From assembly GCA_041742075.1 (NCBI GenBank), contig JBGSJJ010000004.1:35900-99899 (forward strand): 64,000 nt of DNA. Direction: 5' to 3'. The DNA is from Minisyncoccia bacterium (GTDB lineage Bacteria > Patescibacteriota > Minisyncoccia > Phycocordibacterales > UBA918). A model generated the notes under the pieces. The model ran no database searches. It had not been told where the DNA came from and saw nothing but the letters and a program-made list of their open reading frames with translations. This document shows positions 19,216-29,671 of this stretch, one piece after another (position 1 is the stretch's first letter; each line of letters starts with the position of its first letter). Position numbers and translations under genes: made by a program.

Positions 19216-21348
19216 TTACCTAAAGAATTCTGAACCGTAGACTGAGTTATTTGCCCAATTAGCCCATGGTCCTGGCGGTACGGTTGGAGAGCCACCTGGT
19301 GGCGGAACCAGACCTCCGGCATTAATTAAGACAGCTGTCATGAGTCTTATACGCTCGTTTTCGTTAATTCCGTTTTTCATACGAGCCTCAATAATTCTTG
19401 GGGTGATGTATCCAATCATTTCTGGACGAATCAAAGCGTCTACTGATAGTGTGCCGACGACTGCATCGCCACCAGCTAAGAGTCGTTGTCGTTGAGTAGT
19501 TTGATGTCCTACAGCAGTACCTCCAGTACGTAGAGCGGTATTCGTAGCTTCATAGATTGGAGCGGCTGCCGTTCCCCCGGTTTGAACAACACTAGCTGTT
19601 CCAAACTGCGCAACATTATTTTGTGCTGTGCGACGAGCAGCTCTAATAGCGTTGATGTCTTCGTTACTAAAGTTTCCTGAACCTTCAAGAGAAGTTATCT
19701 GAGCATCAGTAAGGTTAATAGCCACGTTACCATTTGTAAGTTGCCCGACGTCTAAGTTGGCACGTTCGCTATTTGACATCTCACGAATTGTTGTAGCAAG
19801 ATCTCGAAGACTGGTATCGAGCTCCCCAACGGTTCTGGTGTTGTCTTCTAAACCAGCTAGGTGTTCAGCAAACGCAACCTCGCGAGTCTGTTCAGCCAAT
19901 ACCTGGTTGTTTCTAATGTTTTGCTTTTTCTCAAAGGTGTTAACATCGTTTCGTGATTGTTTACCTCCGTACTTAGCAGATGCCGTGGCGTCAATAGCTT
20001 GCTGACGAGTTCGTGCAGTGAGTCCGACAGCACCGAGCGCAACCCGACCCACTCTCGCGCCGGCTGAATTACTGGTACTTAAACGAGCATTAGCCCGGGC
20101 AACGGCTTTCCCAACTCTCGTATCTGGATCACCAATACGGCCAAGAGTATTCCTTCCAACAAATGAACTCCCGCCTCCGACTAATGAACTCGCGCCTCCG
20201 ACTAACCTCCTTTGCACGCTTTGCATCGCGTTAAGTGACATAGAAGCGCCCCCGGCACCCATTTTCTTCGAAACAACGATGGCACCAACCATGAAACCAA
20301 GGGCAATTAAGTAAAACAAAATCGAAAGTGGCACGTCGTTACCAGTTTCTTCTGGGTTGAGGGCGATTTTGTTGAGGTTGTAGGTTGAACCAGCCTCAAA
20401 TGCCTGTGCGTGAAAGCCTATCAATACTTTGAAAGCAATAAAAATCATAAAGAAGTAGGCTGGAGCAAAAAAAGCTTGGTTTAAAAACCCACTCCACCAC
20501 TTACTGGTGTAGCCCTGAAACTTCGGTAGAATCATACCCAGGAACATAAAGGGTGAGAACATCATGTATATCACCAGGGAGATAAATCTAATAGTGAGCA
20601 TGATGGCACCTGCCAAAAACACCGCCGCTGAGGTGAGCATAAACACCAAAATCATAAGCAGGTAGCCAAAGCTCCGATAGCCTTCTTGGTCAATGGCTTC
20701 TGCCCCACCCAAGGCTTGGAGTCCGACGAGTTGCATAAACATAGCGTGTATACCAACACTCTCTGGGCTTTCGATATTTATGGTAGGAAGCGTAGCCCCT
20801 TCGGGAAAAACAGAGGCGGTGGTGTTAACTGTCTCTGCCATGAGGTTAAAAATTTGTATCGCGGCGATGTTTGAGAAGTCAACGATAAATTTTGCAAAGA
20901 AAAGACTAAAGTTTATGAGAAGCGCCGCCACAATCAAAGAACCAAGCGCTCGCTTGGCGCCACTATCGTCAGCGTTCCAGATAAGCTTCAGTCCAATAAA
21001 CACCAGTGCAAAGATAAATAGCATGTTAAAGACGTCTCGAATGATCACCCAGACCTCCTCAACTGCAATACCGATGTTGCCAAGCATCCATTCACCCATA
21101 CCGCGGACAAAGTTATTTACCGCAGCATCAAAGGCAATCCCGGCCAGCCAAACAGCAAAACCACCAATCTGCATGACAACGTGATAGAAGAAGGCAAAAA
21201 TCCAAGCCCCGACACCACTTTCGTCAGCGTCGACTACGGTTGGGGCAGTCCCTTGAGCATGAGATAGGGCCGGAAGCACGAAAAAGAGCGCAATACAAAG
21301 TATCGGGAACCAGGTTCTTAAAATGAGTTGTAATACAAAGTACTTCAT
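19216..21348 (-). CDS. VirB6/TrbL-like polytopic membrane protein
   Basis: WVIIRDVFN, AALLINFSLFF..IVD, multiple TMs, Gly-rich cytoplasmic tail. Confidence 0.7.
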   Translation of the reverse strand: MKYFVLQLILRTWFPILCIALFFVLPALSHAQGTAPTVVDADESGVGAWIFAFFYHVVMQIGGFAVWLAGIAFDAAVNNFVRGMGEWMLGNIGIAVEEVWVIIRDVFNMLFIFALVFIGLKLIWNADDSGAKRALGSLIVAALLINFSLFFAKFIVDFSNIAAIQIFNLMAETVNTTASVFPEGATLPTINIESPESVGIHAMFMQLVGLQALGGAEAIDQEGYRSFGYLLMILVFMLTSAAVFLAGAIMLTIRFISLVIYMMFSPFMFLGMILPKFQGYTSKWWSGFLNQAFFAPAYFFMIFIAFKVLIGFHAQAFEAGSTYNLNKIALNPEETGNDVPLSILFYLIALGFMVGAIVVSKKMGAGGASMSLNAMQSVQRRLVGGASSLVGGGSSFVGRNTLGRIGDPDTRVGKAVARANARLSTSNSAGARVGRVALGAVGLTARTRQQAIDATASAKYGGKQSRNDVNTFEKKQNIRNNQVLAEQTREVAFAEHLAGLEDNTRTVGELDTSLRDLATTIREMSNSERANLDVGQLTNGNVAINLTDAQITSLEGSGNFSNEDINAIRAARRTAQNNVAQFGTASVVQTGGTAAAPIYEATNTALRTGGTAVGHQTTQRQRLLAGGDAVVGTLSVDALIRPEMIGYITPRIIEARMKNGINENERIRLMTAVLINAGGLVPPPGGSPTVPPGPWANWANNSVYGSEFFR

Positions 21349-21359
21349 TCTCTATCGTG

Positions 21360-22583
21360 TTAACCGACGGGGTCTACCCCTGGTGGGTCGACAGGAGTGG
21401 CGGGATCGATTGGGGTATCAACAACCGGGTCGACTGGGTCTACCGGTGGCATGTCTGGGTCACCAACTACTGGGTCAATTGGGTCTTCTTCTCCTGGAAA
21501 GATTGGGTCAAATGGGTCGTCTGGGTCTGGAGGTGTGTCAGGGATGTTGATTATGATTGGGTCAGTATCCCACCTTGTAGGGTCGGGTCGGTTGGTTGGG
21601 TTATTGACGTCATTACCAAGTTGATCAAGGAAGCCAGTAGGACCGTCAGTTAGTCCGAGTAGTCCCCCGACGCCTTGGAGGGCTTGGTTGAGGAGTTGTT
21701 GGAAGAGTGCGCTGATAAGCTCATCTATTTCGTCAGCCTCAATCAAGGTACGCGGACCGACTGAAAGTTGAAAAGTGAGTGCTTCTGAAATAACCTGACC
21801 CGGTGTCTCTATCGTACAGTTGGTTGGATTGTCTGGATCTTCACAGCGCTTGACAGAGAGAAAACCATTACCGAAGTCAAGTAATTGACGCTCGTTTACC
21901 TCTACACCAGCAATCTTGGCGTTTAACCTGGCCTCAAGGGCAAACTTCTGACCAAGCGCAGTGTTTTCACTCGGACGTTGTGTCATTTCAAGCCAGGCTG
22001 GCCAACCGCCACCACCGATGAAGTCTCCGTTAAGGAAGCCTTCGATGTTGTTGGTAATATCGCTTAAGCGACACTGTGCCTCGTACTCCCGGGCATTACT
22101 TTGCTGTTCACGGAAAGAGTTGGTGACGGCAATCTGTACATCGAGTGAAAACGGTTCGCAGAGCCCGGCTAGATTACTTTGTGAAATAAACTCACCAAAG
22201 GTTTGGTCAGCCAGGTCAAGCGCAAATGCCTCGAGGTCTTGGATAAAAGCAGGACTACCCTGGAAACCACTGTTTATCCAGGTAAGAAGGCTTTGGGTCA
22301 TTGACTGTAAGATCATTTTGGCAAACCAAAATAGAAGTCCGTCCAGGGCAAATTCTTTAATTTGAAGTAGCCCTGTCATTTGAGCAGAAAATGTGTCGAC
22401 TTGGGCGTTGACGGTGTTTATGAAAACGTTAGCCTGTTGCGTTCCTTCAAGGGCAAAAGCTGCTTCAGCCCTCTTTAGTGAGCCCGTATGCGCAAAGGGT
22501 TGCAGGGTAAGCCCGGCCACTATTAATGTGATGAGCAGTACTGTACTTGGAGTTTTTAGTAGTTTTTTTAACATACACACCAT
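21360..22583 (-). CDS. Secreted hypothetical protein of the T4SS-like cluster with Asp-Pro repeat tail
   Basis: Signal/TM, WINSGFQGSPAF, GNGFLS..C, TPG; C-terminal DP-rich repeats. Confidence 0.65.
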   Translation of the reverse strand: MVCMLKKLLKTPSTVLLITLIVAGLTLQPFAHTGSLKRAEAAFALEGTQQANVFINTVNAQVDTFSAQMTGLLQIKEFALDGLLFWFAKMILQSMTQSLLTWINSGFQGSPAFIQDLEAFALDLADQTFGEFISQSNLAGLCEPFSLDVQIAVTNSFREQQSNAREYEAQCRLSDITNNIEGFLNGDFIGGGGWPAWLEMTQRPSENTALGQKFALEARLNAKIAGVEVNERQLLDFGNGFLSVKRCEDPDNPTNCTIETPGQVISEALTFQLSVGPRTLIEADEIDELISALFQQLLNQALQGVGGLLGLTDGPTGFLDQLGNDVNNPTNRPDPTRWDTDPIIINIPDTPPDPDDPFDPIFPGEEDPIDPVVGDPDMPPVDPVDPVVDTPIDPATPVDPPGVDPVG

Positions 22584-22585
22584 GA

Positions 22586-23458
22586 CTAAATTTGACCTTC
22601 TAAGAGCTGATAGAGACTGTCGTTCTCTCCAAGCTGCACCCCGCTCCCGGTAGTCAATTTTTTTCCGATATTGACAAGAGCTTGTGCCATACCAAGTACG
22701 TCATCTTGGTAACGGCTGAGCCTAAGCATGCCGAGCATGGGGTCATCAAAAGCACCACGCATGGCCTTCACGTCGTTTAGTACCGCATAGTAAGCGTTTA
22801 ACAAATTTAAATGTTCGGTCACGTACGCTTCTGGTACTTGAAGTAGCTGCATATCTATAATCATACCGCGGTACCCGAGAATAATGGGGTCTAGTCCCTC
22901 CAAATCCTGGGGGTTATTCGAACGTTGAGCTCTTTGCATGACGACTATTTCTGAGTCACCATCGTAGGGGTATTTCTGGATAATGTCTGCAATTGCGTTA
23001 CCGTAGGTGCGGAGTGATTCTTGGTCACCAGTAGCAACAATGACAATGTCGCTTTGGGTGAAGAGTCGATCTTTGGCTTTTTCAGCCAGGGCATTGGTAG
23101 CACCGGCGATAAGTTGTTCCTGCGGACGACTCACGGGACCAAGCGTCTCGTTGGTTACATATGCCTGAAAAAAAGCTACACTAAACTGATCAGTGAGAGA
23201 ATCTGGGTTCCACTCCGTACTGCTCCCAGTACTCGGGGTTATGATTTCGGTTCGCACTAAAGACTCCTGCCAGTCTGGCGTACCGTTGTTATTACTGTCG
23301 GTAACCTGTACGTAATTTCGTTCAGGTGCGTCAGTGACCACGACCAGTTCGCCATTTTCCTGAGAGCCGTTTTGTTTATCTTTTGTAATCACTACAAAAG
23401 CAATCAAGGCGATACCAAGTAGTAGGGCGACATAAACTTTCTTGTGTGAAGTCACCAT
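22586..23458 (-). CDS. Membrane-anchored hypothetical protein
   Basis: N-terminal TM; DSNNNGTPDWQE Ca-binding-like motif. Confidence 0.65.
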   Translation of the reverse strand: MVTSHKKVYVALLLGIALIAFVVITKDKQNGSQENGELVVVTDAPERNYVQVTDSNNNGTPDWQESLVRTEIITPSTGSSTEWNPDSLTDQFSVAFFQAYVTNETLGPVSRPQEQLIAGATNALAEKAKDRLFTQSDIVIVATGDQESLRTYGNAIADIIQKYPYDGDSEIVVMQRAQRSNNPQDLEGLDPIILGYRGMIIDMQLLQVPEAYVTEHLNLLNAYYAVLNDVKAMRGAFDDPMLGMLRLSRYQDDVLGMAQALVNIGKKLTTGSGVQLGENDSLYQLLEGQI

Positions 23459-23575
23459 AGTAGTGTCTATACTGTATTAGTATAACAGTATAAAAATCAC
23501 ACTTTATACATATATATGTATAAAGTGTGATTAAGAATTGAATAACGAGTCTTTCTGTGTGTACAAACCTGGGGA

Positions 23576-24391
23576 CTAGTTTGGTATAGGTAGGTGCTTG
23601 ACGAGTTCAAGCCATTTTCTAAGCGACACGTCCTCTGCCCTGGTGGATACCGGTAGAGAGATGGTGGAAAAGATGTTGATAAGTTCGGCGCGGGAGTATT
23701 TTTTGGCTAAATTACCCAGTAGTTGCTTACGTTTTTGCCCAAAACCAAGGTGGAGCACGTCAAAAAAAAGCGCTTCGTCGACCCCTTCTAAACGATCTCG
23801 ACTGATGGCATAAATAGCAATGATACCCGAGTCCACTTTGGGTGGTGGCTGAAAATGACCACGACTGACGTCCCGTACATAGGTGGCGTCACCATAGACT
23901 TGGACGGAGAGCGAAAGCAGTGATTCCTTACTCCCTTTTGCGAGACTGCTGGTTGCGCGCTTAGCTACTTCCTTCTGCACCAAGAAAACCAGCGTCTTTG
24001 GTTGGGTACTCGAGGTAAGAAACAGCCTAAACAGTAACCCTGATAAGTAGTACGGTATGTTAGCTACTACTGAGTAAGAGCCGGCAGTTAACCCAAGTGA
24101 GCTGGGATCAAAGGTACGAACGTCAGCATGGGCTACGCTCAGTTGCCCGCTGGCTATAGCGTCCTTAAAGTTCTCATCAAGTACCGTGACCGCTCGTGGG
24201 TCGGCCTCAAGCGCGAGCACAGTAACTCCCCGAGCGAGAAGTTCCCGAGTTAAAACACCCGTTCCAGGCCCAATTTCAAGCACGGTTTCTCCAGGAGTTA
24301 ATTTACCGGCATCACACAACCACTTCGGGACAATGTCACTCGTGAGAAAATGCTGACCGAGTGATTTTTTAGTTTTAAAATCCAAGCTCAT
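23576..24391 (-). CDS. rsmA: 16S rRNA m6,2A dimethyltransferase
   Basis: KKSLGQHFL, EIGPGTG, VANIPYY, FQPPPKVDS. Confidence 0.96.
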   Translation of the reverse strand: MSLDFKTKKSLGQHFLTSDIVPKWLCDAGKLTPGETVLEIGPGTGVLTRELLARGVTVLALEADPRAVTVLDENFKDAIASGQLSVAHADVRTFDPSSLGLTAGSYSVVANIPYYLSGLLFRLFLTSSTQPKTLVFLVQKEVAKRATSSLAKGSKESLLSLSVQVYGDATYVRDVSRGHFQPPPKVDSGIIAIYAISRDRLEGVDEALFFDVLHLGFGQKRKQLLGNLAKKYSRAELINIFSTISLPVSTRAEDVSLRKWLELVKHLPIPN

Positions 24392-24432
24392 AAAAGTACT
24401 GTAGGCTACGGAAGCTAAGTTGGCAAGAAGTT

Positions 24433-26388
24433 TTAATCAAGCCAGATGGTGCGCTCAAATCCTGATGGTGAACTGACGTGACCCCCGTCTCCTTCGAGGT
24501 GGTCTTCACTGATGTCCGCTAAAAATGATGATGGCGCGTTTATGCGCTGACTGCCAAAAATAACTCGCGTGTGAGCGTAAGTCAAAAATACTTTTTTCTC
24601 TGCACGGGTGAGTGCCACATAAAACAGGCGTCGCTCTTCCTCGACGTCGATAGTACTGTCATCGAGTCGTTCGTGTGGGAACAACCCCTCTTCGAGGCCA
24701 GAGATAAATACGTAGGGAAACTCCAGACCCTTCGCAGAGTGAATAGTCATCAGTCTGACCGCGTCTTGTTCCTCTTTGGCTTTAAGTTCGTCTTGGTCAC
24801 TCTGGAGAGCGGCGTTTTCAAGGAGTGTCTCTACCGCTTCTTCTGGTCCAAGCTCATCATAGCGAGTGGCGAGAGTAATCAGCTCACCTAAGTTTTCGAG
24901 TCGCATCATATCGTCATCCGTACCACTCTTCTTAAGCTCAGTTTCAATACCACTGCGTTTCATAATAAACCGAAGTGTTTCTGAAACCGGTTTTGTTCGT
25001 GCTTCGTCGGCAATGTCTGAAAGTATTTGATAGAACCGCTCCACTTTTTCCAGCGTCGCTCCTTTAAGCTCGCTCTGCTTCCCTTCAACAACTTTAAGCA
25101 TGGTCACTTTACCGATACCTCGGGTTGGTTCATTTATTACTCTAGCTAAATCAGCCGTACTTTCAGGGTTAAGCGCCAACCGTAGGTACGACAAAACGTC
25201 TTTTACTTCTTTGCGTTCAAAGAATTTAGTACCAAGGAGTTGGTACGGTACTTCAAAGTCGAGAAAGGCTTCCTCCAGCACTCGTGACTGAAAGTTAGTC
25301 CGATATAAGACAGCAATACCAGATGGTGACGCCCCGTCCTTAATCAGCATTTTAGCAGTGAGGGCAATGTACTGCGCTTCGTCAATTCCAGTTTGGGTAC
25401 TTTGTAAGGTAATTTTTTCACCATCATGGTTACTCGTGAAGACCTCCTTTGGAATACGGTTTTTATTCTTGGAGATAATACTGTTTGAGACTGCAATAAT
25501 GTTTTTGGTGGAGCGATAATTTTCTTCAAGGAGGATAGTTTGTGCGCCTGGAAAATGTTTCTCAAATTGGAGTACGTTTTTGATGTCTGCTCCGCGCCAG
25601 GAGTAGATGTTTTGATCGATGTCCCCTACCACACAGATGTTGTGTTTCTCTCCGGCGAGTAAACGAGCAATCTCAAATTGTACTTTGTTGGTGTCCTGGT
25701 ACTCATCAACATGCAAGTAACGGTAGCGGTTCTGGAGTACCTCGCGTATTACTGGATAGGACTGAAGTAAGCGAAGCGTTTTAAGAAGGAGGTCATCAAA
25801 ATCAAGCGCATGATCAGCGCGGAGGATTTTTTCATACTCACCCCAAACCTCGGCGGTTACTTTTTGGACGTATGAAGAAGCGTCGGTTTGAAAGGAAGTT
25901 TGCGAGATTGAGTCACCTTTAGCTCGTGAGATAGCACTCAAAATCTTCCGAGGTTCAAATTGCTTTGGGTCATAGCCAGTTAGTTCGAGGGCTTTTTTTA
26001 GCGCTCGCGTGCTGTCACTGCGGTCATATATAGTGAAGTGCCGGCGCAGGTTCAAGGTCTCATGGTGCTCACGCAGGATACGGACCCCAAGGGCGTGAAA
26101 GGTGGTTACTGTAGGCACACTCTCCAAAAGAGCGCGGTTAGACGGGGGGTACTTTGCCATGAGTGCCAGTACCCGCTCACGCATCTCTGAAGCCGCTTTG
26201 TTTGTGAACGTAACAGCTAGGATGTTGTGTGGATCGACGCCGGTGTGGATGAGGTGGACAATCCGGTGCGTAATCACTCTGGTCTTACCAGAGCCAGCCC
26301 CTGCGAGCACTAAGAGTGGACCGTCTAACGTGAGGACTGCTTTCTTTTGAGCGTCGTTTAGTCCTTCTAAATAGGCGGGTGAGGTCAT
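24433..26388 (-). CDS. pcrA: UvrD/PcrA DNA helicase
   Basis: AGAGSGKT, VDEYQDTN, GDIDQNIYSWRGA, TIHSAKGLEF, EERRLFYVA; start placed at MTSPAYL. Confidence 0.95.
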   Translation of the reverse strand: MTSPAYLEGLNDAQKKAVLTLDGPLLVLAGAGSGKTRVITHRIVHLIHTGVDPHNILAVTFTNKAASEMRERVLALMAKYPPSNRALLESVPTVTTFHALGVRILREHHETLNLRRHFTIYDRSDSTRALKKALELTGYDPKQFEPRKILSAISRAKGDSISQTSFQTDASSYVQKVTAEVWGEYEKILRADHALDFDDLLLKTLRLLQSYPVIREVLQNRYRYLHVDEYQDTNKVQFEIARLLAGEKHNICVVGDIDQNIYSWRGADIKNVLQFEKHFPGAQTILLEENYRSTKNIIAVSNSIISKNKNRIPKEVFTSNHDGEKITLQSTQTGIDEAQYIALTAKMLIKDGASPSGIAVLYRTNFQSRVLEEAFLDFEVPYQLLGTKFFERKEVKDVLSYLRLALNPESTADLARVINEPTRGIGKVTMLKVVEGKQSELKGATLEKVERFYQILSDIADEARTKPVSETLRFIMKRSGIETELKKSGTDDDMMRLENLGELITLATRYDELGPEEAVETLLENAALQSDQDELKAKEEQDAVRLMTIHSAKGLEFPYVFISGLEEGLFPHERLDDSTIDVEEERRLFYVALTRAEKKVFLTYAHTRVIFGSQRINAPSSFLADISEDHLEGDGGHVSSPSGFERTIWLD

Positions 26389-26779
26389 GTTCGACCACAC
26401 TATAGCATAGTTTACGTGAGCTCTTTTCCCCACAGACAACCTAGCCATTAAAGTAAGCAATACTTACTCATTACAGTCAATACTTATAATGTGGCTACTA
26501 GGCGGGTTCGTTTACGCTTCATATAACTCCACGCGAAAAGTGCATTACGTCAATTGCTTCCACTATTCAGTTTAGTACAATAGTTCCCATACCGACATTC
26601 GGTACGGAGGTGTCACTACCCTGACACAAAAGATTTCAGAAATTACTGTAGCGGTTGCAAACAAGCGGTGAGTCCATAACACATTCACTATAAAACAAAA
26701 TCTCGAAGACGCAGAGCCTCCACAAAGCACCTATAAAGAAGTTTTGGCTCAGCTGACAAAGAAAGCAAAAATAGCGTCG

Positions 26780-27787
26780 ATGACGCGTCGGCGGTTTTTG
26801 TTTGAACTCGTGCCAGTGGTAGCACTTATTTTGGTGCCGGTATCAGTCCAGGCCAACATGATTGCCAAGCTGGCAGAACTTTTTGATACTGAAGTAATTG
26901 CCTATGAGAAAGAAGCGCCTTTTGATGCAACCGCCCTCTCCCTCTCTCTTTTAAGTGCCACCCAAAATCCAGTGCTTGAGTCAGCTACCGGAGGTGCCAG
27001 CATTACCTATGAAAATGGTGTACTTATTGCGACTGGTCCAGTGGGAAGAGACGCAATGGCTAAAGCACAAAGTAACAAAACGGGAGAAATCAGTGTCTAT
27101 GTAGTCCGGGACGGTGACTCGTTGTCACAGATTGCTGAAATGTTTGGCGTAACCTCAAATACGATTCTTTGGGCAAACGACCTTAAGAGTGCAGCGAGCA
27201 TCAAGCCAGGAGATACACTGGTTATTCTCCCGGTCGCGGGTGTACAACACACCGTCAAGAGTGGAGAAACGATTGCTTCCATTGTAAAAAAATATTCAGC
27301 AGAACTGGATGAGGTTTTGGCCTACAATAATCTAAGTAAGGAAGACACCCTTACTGCTGGTGAAGAAATTATTATTCCCGGTGGCACTATCAGTGTACCA
27401 AAGAGCAGTTCAGTCAGTGGATCAGGTGGTAGCGGTGGCGGAAGTGGACTGGCTCACCCAATGCCGGGAGCGGTTCGTTCTCAAGGTATTCATGGGTATA
27501 ACGGTATAGACTTTGCGCGAGTACCGGTTGGCACGACGGTGCGGGCGTCAGCTGACGGTAAAGTAACCGTAGCGAAAGCCAGTGGTTGGAATGGTGGCTA
27601 TGGAAATTACGTAGTTATTAAACACGCAAGTGGTGTACAGACTCTCTACGCGCACTTGAGCTCAGTTGACGTCGTAACCGGACAAGTTGTTTCCCAAGGT
27701 GATCGAATCGGTGGAGTGGGTAATACGGGACGATCTACCGGAGTACACCTGCACTTTGAAGTACGCGGGGGGAAGAATCCATTTTAG
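26780..27787 (+). CDS. LysM + M23 peptidoglycan peptidase
   Basis: Signal peptide, two LysM repeats, YAHL and STGVHLHFEVR motifs. Confidence 0.92.
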   Translation: MTRRRFLFELVPVVALILVPVSVQANMIAKLAELFDTEVIAYEKEAPFDATALSLSLLSATQNPVLESATGGASITYENGVLIATGPVGRDAMAKAQSNKTGEISVYVVRDGDSLSQIAEMFGVTSNTILWANDLKSAASIKPGDTLVILPVAGVQHTVKSGETIASIVKKYSAELDEVLAYNNLSKEDTLTAGEEIIIPGGTISVPKSSSVSGSGGSGGGSGLAHPMPGAVRSQGIHGYNGIDFARVPVGTTVRASADGKVTVAKASGWNGGYGNYVVIKHASGVQTLYAHLSSVDVVTGQVVSQGDRIGGVGNTGRSTGVHLHFEVRGGKNPF

Positions 27788-27891
27788 ACGCATTACTTCG
27801 TTACGCTTCATAAAATAAAACTCACCGTACCAATAAGTACGGCTCGTTTTATTTTACTTGCGTGCCTCGTACTTCATTCTAAAATGAATCC
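27775..27891. repeat. Long bulged palindromic element (family B, copy 1)
   Basis: Nested inverted repeats; shares tactt-gtt-c-cttc / cgta..tacg / gcctcgta blocks with 56186-56308. Confidence 0.6.
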
Positions 27892-27948
27892 CTCCGTACA
27901 ACTAAAAGATTGCCCAAGGCCGGTGTGACCTTGGGCAGCGTCAAGTGT

Positions 27949-28107
27949 TCAGAGCCAACGTAACTTGCTTGCACCGCGTTCACGCTTACTGCAGAATTGC
28001 TTGTCTATATACTTGAGACAATCCGCAACGTATTGGTCAAGCTCGTACACGTTGACACTGTGACGTGCCAGAATCTGCAGAATCGGGTCTTTAATTCATA
28101 TCTTCAT
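27949..28107 (-). pseudogene. Small ORF interrupted by TGA at codon 4
   Basis: SD AGGAGAGGTGGT, ATG AAG ATA TGA, then 48 open codons IKDPILQILARH...LRWL*; terminator hairpin 27911-27937. Confidence 0.4.
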
Positions 28108-28153
28108 ACCACCTCTCCTAGGCACTGCAAATAAATTTCAGTAATGTTAAAAC

Positions 28154-29668
28154 CTAGAGTCGTACCCGATATTGCAACGCTTCGAGGAGGTGTGGAACTT
28201 CTATTTCACGCGAGCCTTCTATGTCGGCAATCGTTCTGGCTACCTTAATTACACGGTGATAACTGCGTGGTGATAAATTGAGCTTGGCACTTGAAGTCCG
28301 AAGCAAATCAGACACCTGGGGTGAGAGGGATACCTTGGCGTCTATATCGCGGGCGGACATTTCTGCGTTGCACGTGACCCCGGTGCCAGCGAGGCGGTTT
28401 TTTTGAGTCTCGCGCGCTGAAAGAATACTCGCTCGGGCAGTTGTTGTTTCTTCTGTCCCCGTCTGTTTTTTAGTGAGTGTCTCATAATCAACATGTGGTA
28501 CTTCAAGCCAAAGGTCGATCCGGTCAAGGATTGGTCCAGAGATTTTACCTTTGTAGGTTTCAAGGAGTGCGGAAGCAAAGTCGGTGGTTCCGTCTTCACT
28601 TCCCCGGTAGGGGTTCATGGCAGCGACCAAAATAAAATCAGCGGGAAAGAGGGCTGTTCCTTGCACGCGTGCGATTGAAACGACGCGGTCCTCAAGTGGC
28701 TGTCTGAGGGCGTCAATCGCTCGCCTATCAAACTCCGGAAACTCGTCAGCAAATAGAACGCCTTTATGTGCTAAAGTAACCTCGCCCGGTTTTGGATAAC
28801 TTCCCCCGCCGACTAAGCTGGTATAGCTGGCGGTATGGTGTGGACTACGAAAGGGTGGCTGAGAAGTTATTTCTTCAAGGTTACCCGCAATCGAATGTAT
28901 CGCTGTAACCGCCAGTGCCTCGTCGCGGGAAAGTGGTGGTAAGAGTCCTTGAAAGGCTCGTGCGAGCATGGTTTTGCCGGTACCCGGAGGTCCGACTAAA
29001 AGTACATTGTGTCTTCCAGCTGCCGCTATCAGAAGTCCCCGCTTCGCACTCTCTTGACCTTTGATGTCTTCTAAGCGAACGGTACTCGTCACCCAGGCAT
29101 CAGTGATAGTAGTGAGTGGCGTTGGTTTGATTGGTTTGTGCGTTGGTTTGGTTTCGTCGATATGATTGATAACTTCAGTCAGCGTAGAAGCACCAATGAC
29201 GTTTATTCCTTCTACAAGCGCTGCCTCAGCTTGATTTTCGATAGGTACCACGACCTCAGTAAAGTGATGGGCTTGCGCACAAAGTACAATCGGAAGAACC
29301 CCTTTAACCGGACGTAAGCTTCCGTCAAGCGTCAGTTCCCCAATGTACATTCGTTTGGTCGCGTTTGGTTGTAGTGAATTGCTCGCTATTAAATACGCGA
29401 GCGCAATTGGCAGGTCAAACAAAGGCCCCTCCTTTTTTATGTCAGCGGGAGCAAGTGAGATAACGATTTTTTGGTTTTGGCTTTTTGGAGAACTGAAACC
29501 AGAATTTTTAATGGCGGAGTTCACCCGATCTTTTGATTCTTCAATTGCCTTACCGGCTAAGCCAACTATTGAAAACGAATGCAGACCCCGCGAGAGGTCT
29601 GCTTCAACCGTAATTGGTATACCGCCGGTAACGCCACCTTGAGCTGTGTGTACCTGGGCAATCGTCAT
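28154..29668 (-). CDS. comM: ComM/YifB Mg-chelatase-like AAA+ helicase
   Basis: LAPADIKKEG, GELTLDG, GPPGTGKTMLA, FRSPHHTAS, LAHKGVLF. Confidence 0.93.
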   Translation of the reverse strand: MTIAQVHTAQGGVTGGIPITVEADLSRGLHSFSIVGLAGKAIEESKDRVNSAIKNSGFSSPKSQNQKIVISLAPADIKKEGPLFDLPIALAYLIASNSLQPNATKRMYIGELTLDGSLRPVKGVLPIVLCAQAHHFTEVVVPIENQAEAALVEGINVIGASTLTEVINHIDETKPTHKPIKPTPLTTITDAWVTSTVRLEDIKGQESAKRGLLIAAAGRHNVLLVGPPGTGKTMLARAFQGLLPPLSRDEALAVTAIHSIAGNLEEITSQPPFRSPHHTASYTSLVGGGSYPKPGEVTLAHKGVLFADEFPEFDRRAIDALRQPLEDRVVSIARVQGTALFPADFILVAAMNPYRGSEDGTTDFASALLETYKGKISGPILDRIDLWLEVPHVDYETLTKKQTGTEETTTARASILSARETQKNRLAGTGVTCNAEMSARDIDAKVSLSPQVSDLLRTSSAKLNLSPRSYHRVIKVARTIADIEGSREIEVPHLLEALQYRVRL

Positions 29669-29671
29669 AGT

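Noticed and set aside
9972-23458. Integrative conjugative element
   Set aside because: No relaxase, coupling protein, integrase or flanking att repeats seen; sits among core genes
26590-26740. c-di-AMP (ydaO) riboswitch before the M23 gene
   Set aside because: Conserved GCTGAA and GGGGGA blocks are not present
27949-28107. Alternative genetic code (TGA as Gly)
   Set aside because: Long core genes are intact under code 11 and TGA terminates other ORFs (e.g. 38343)
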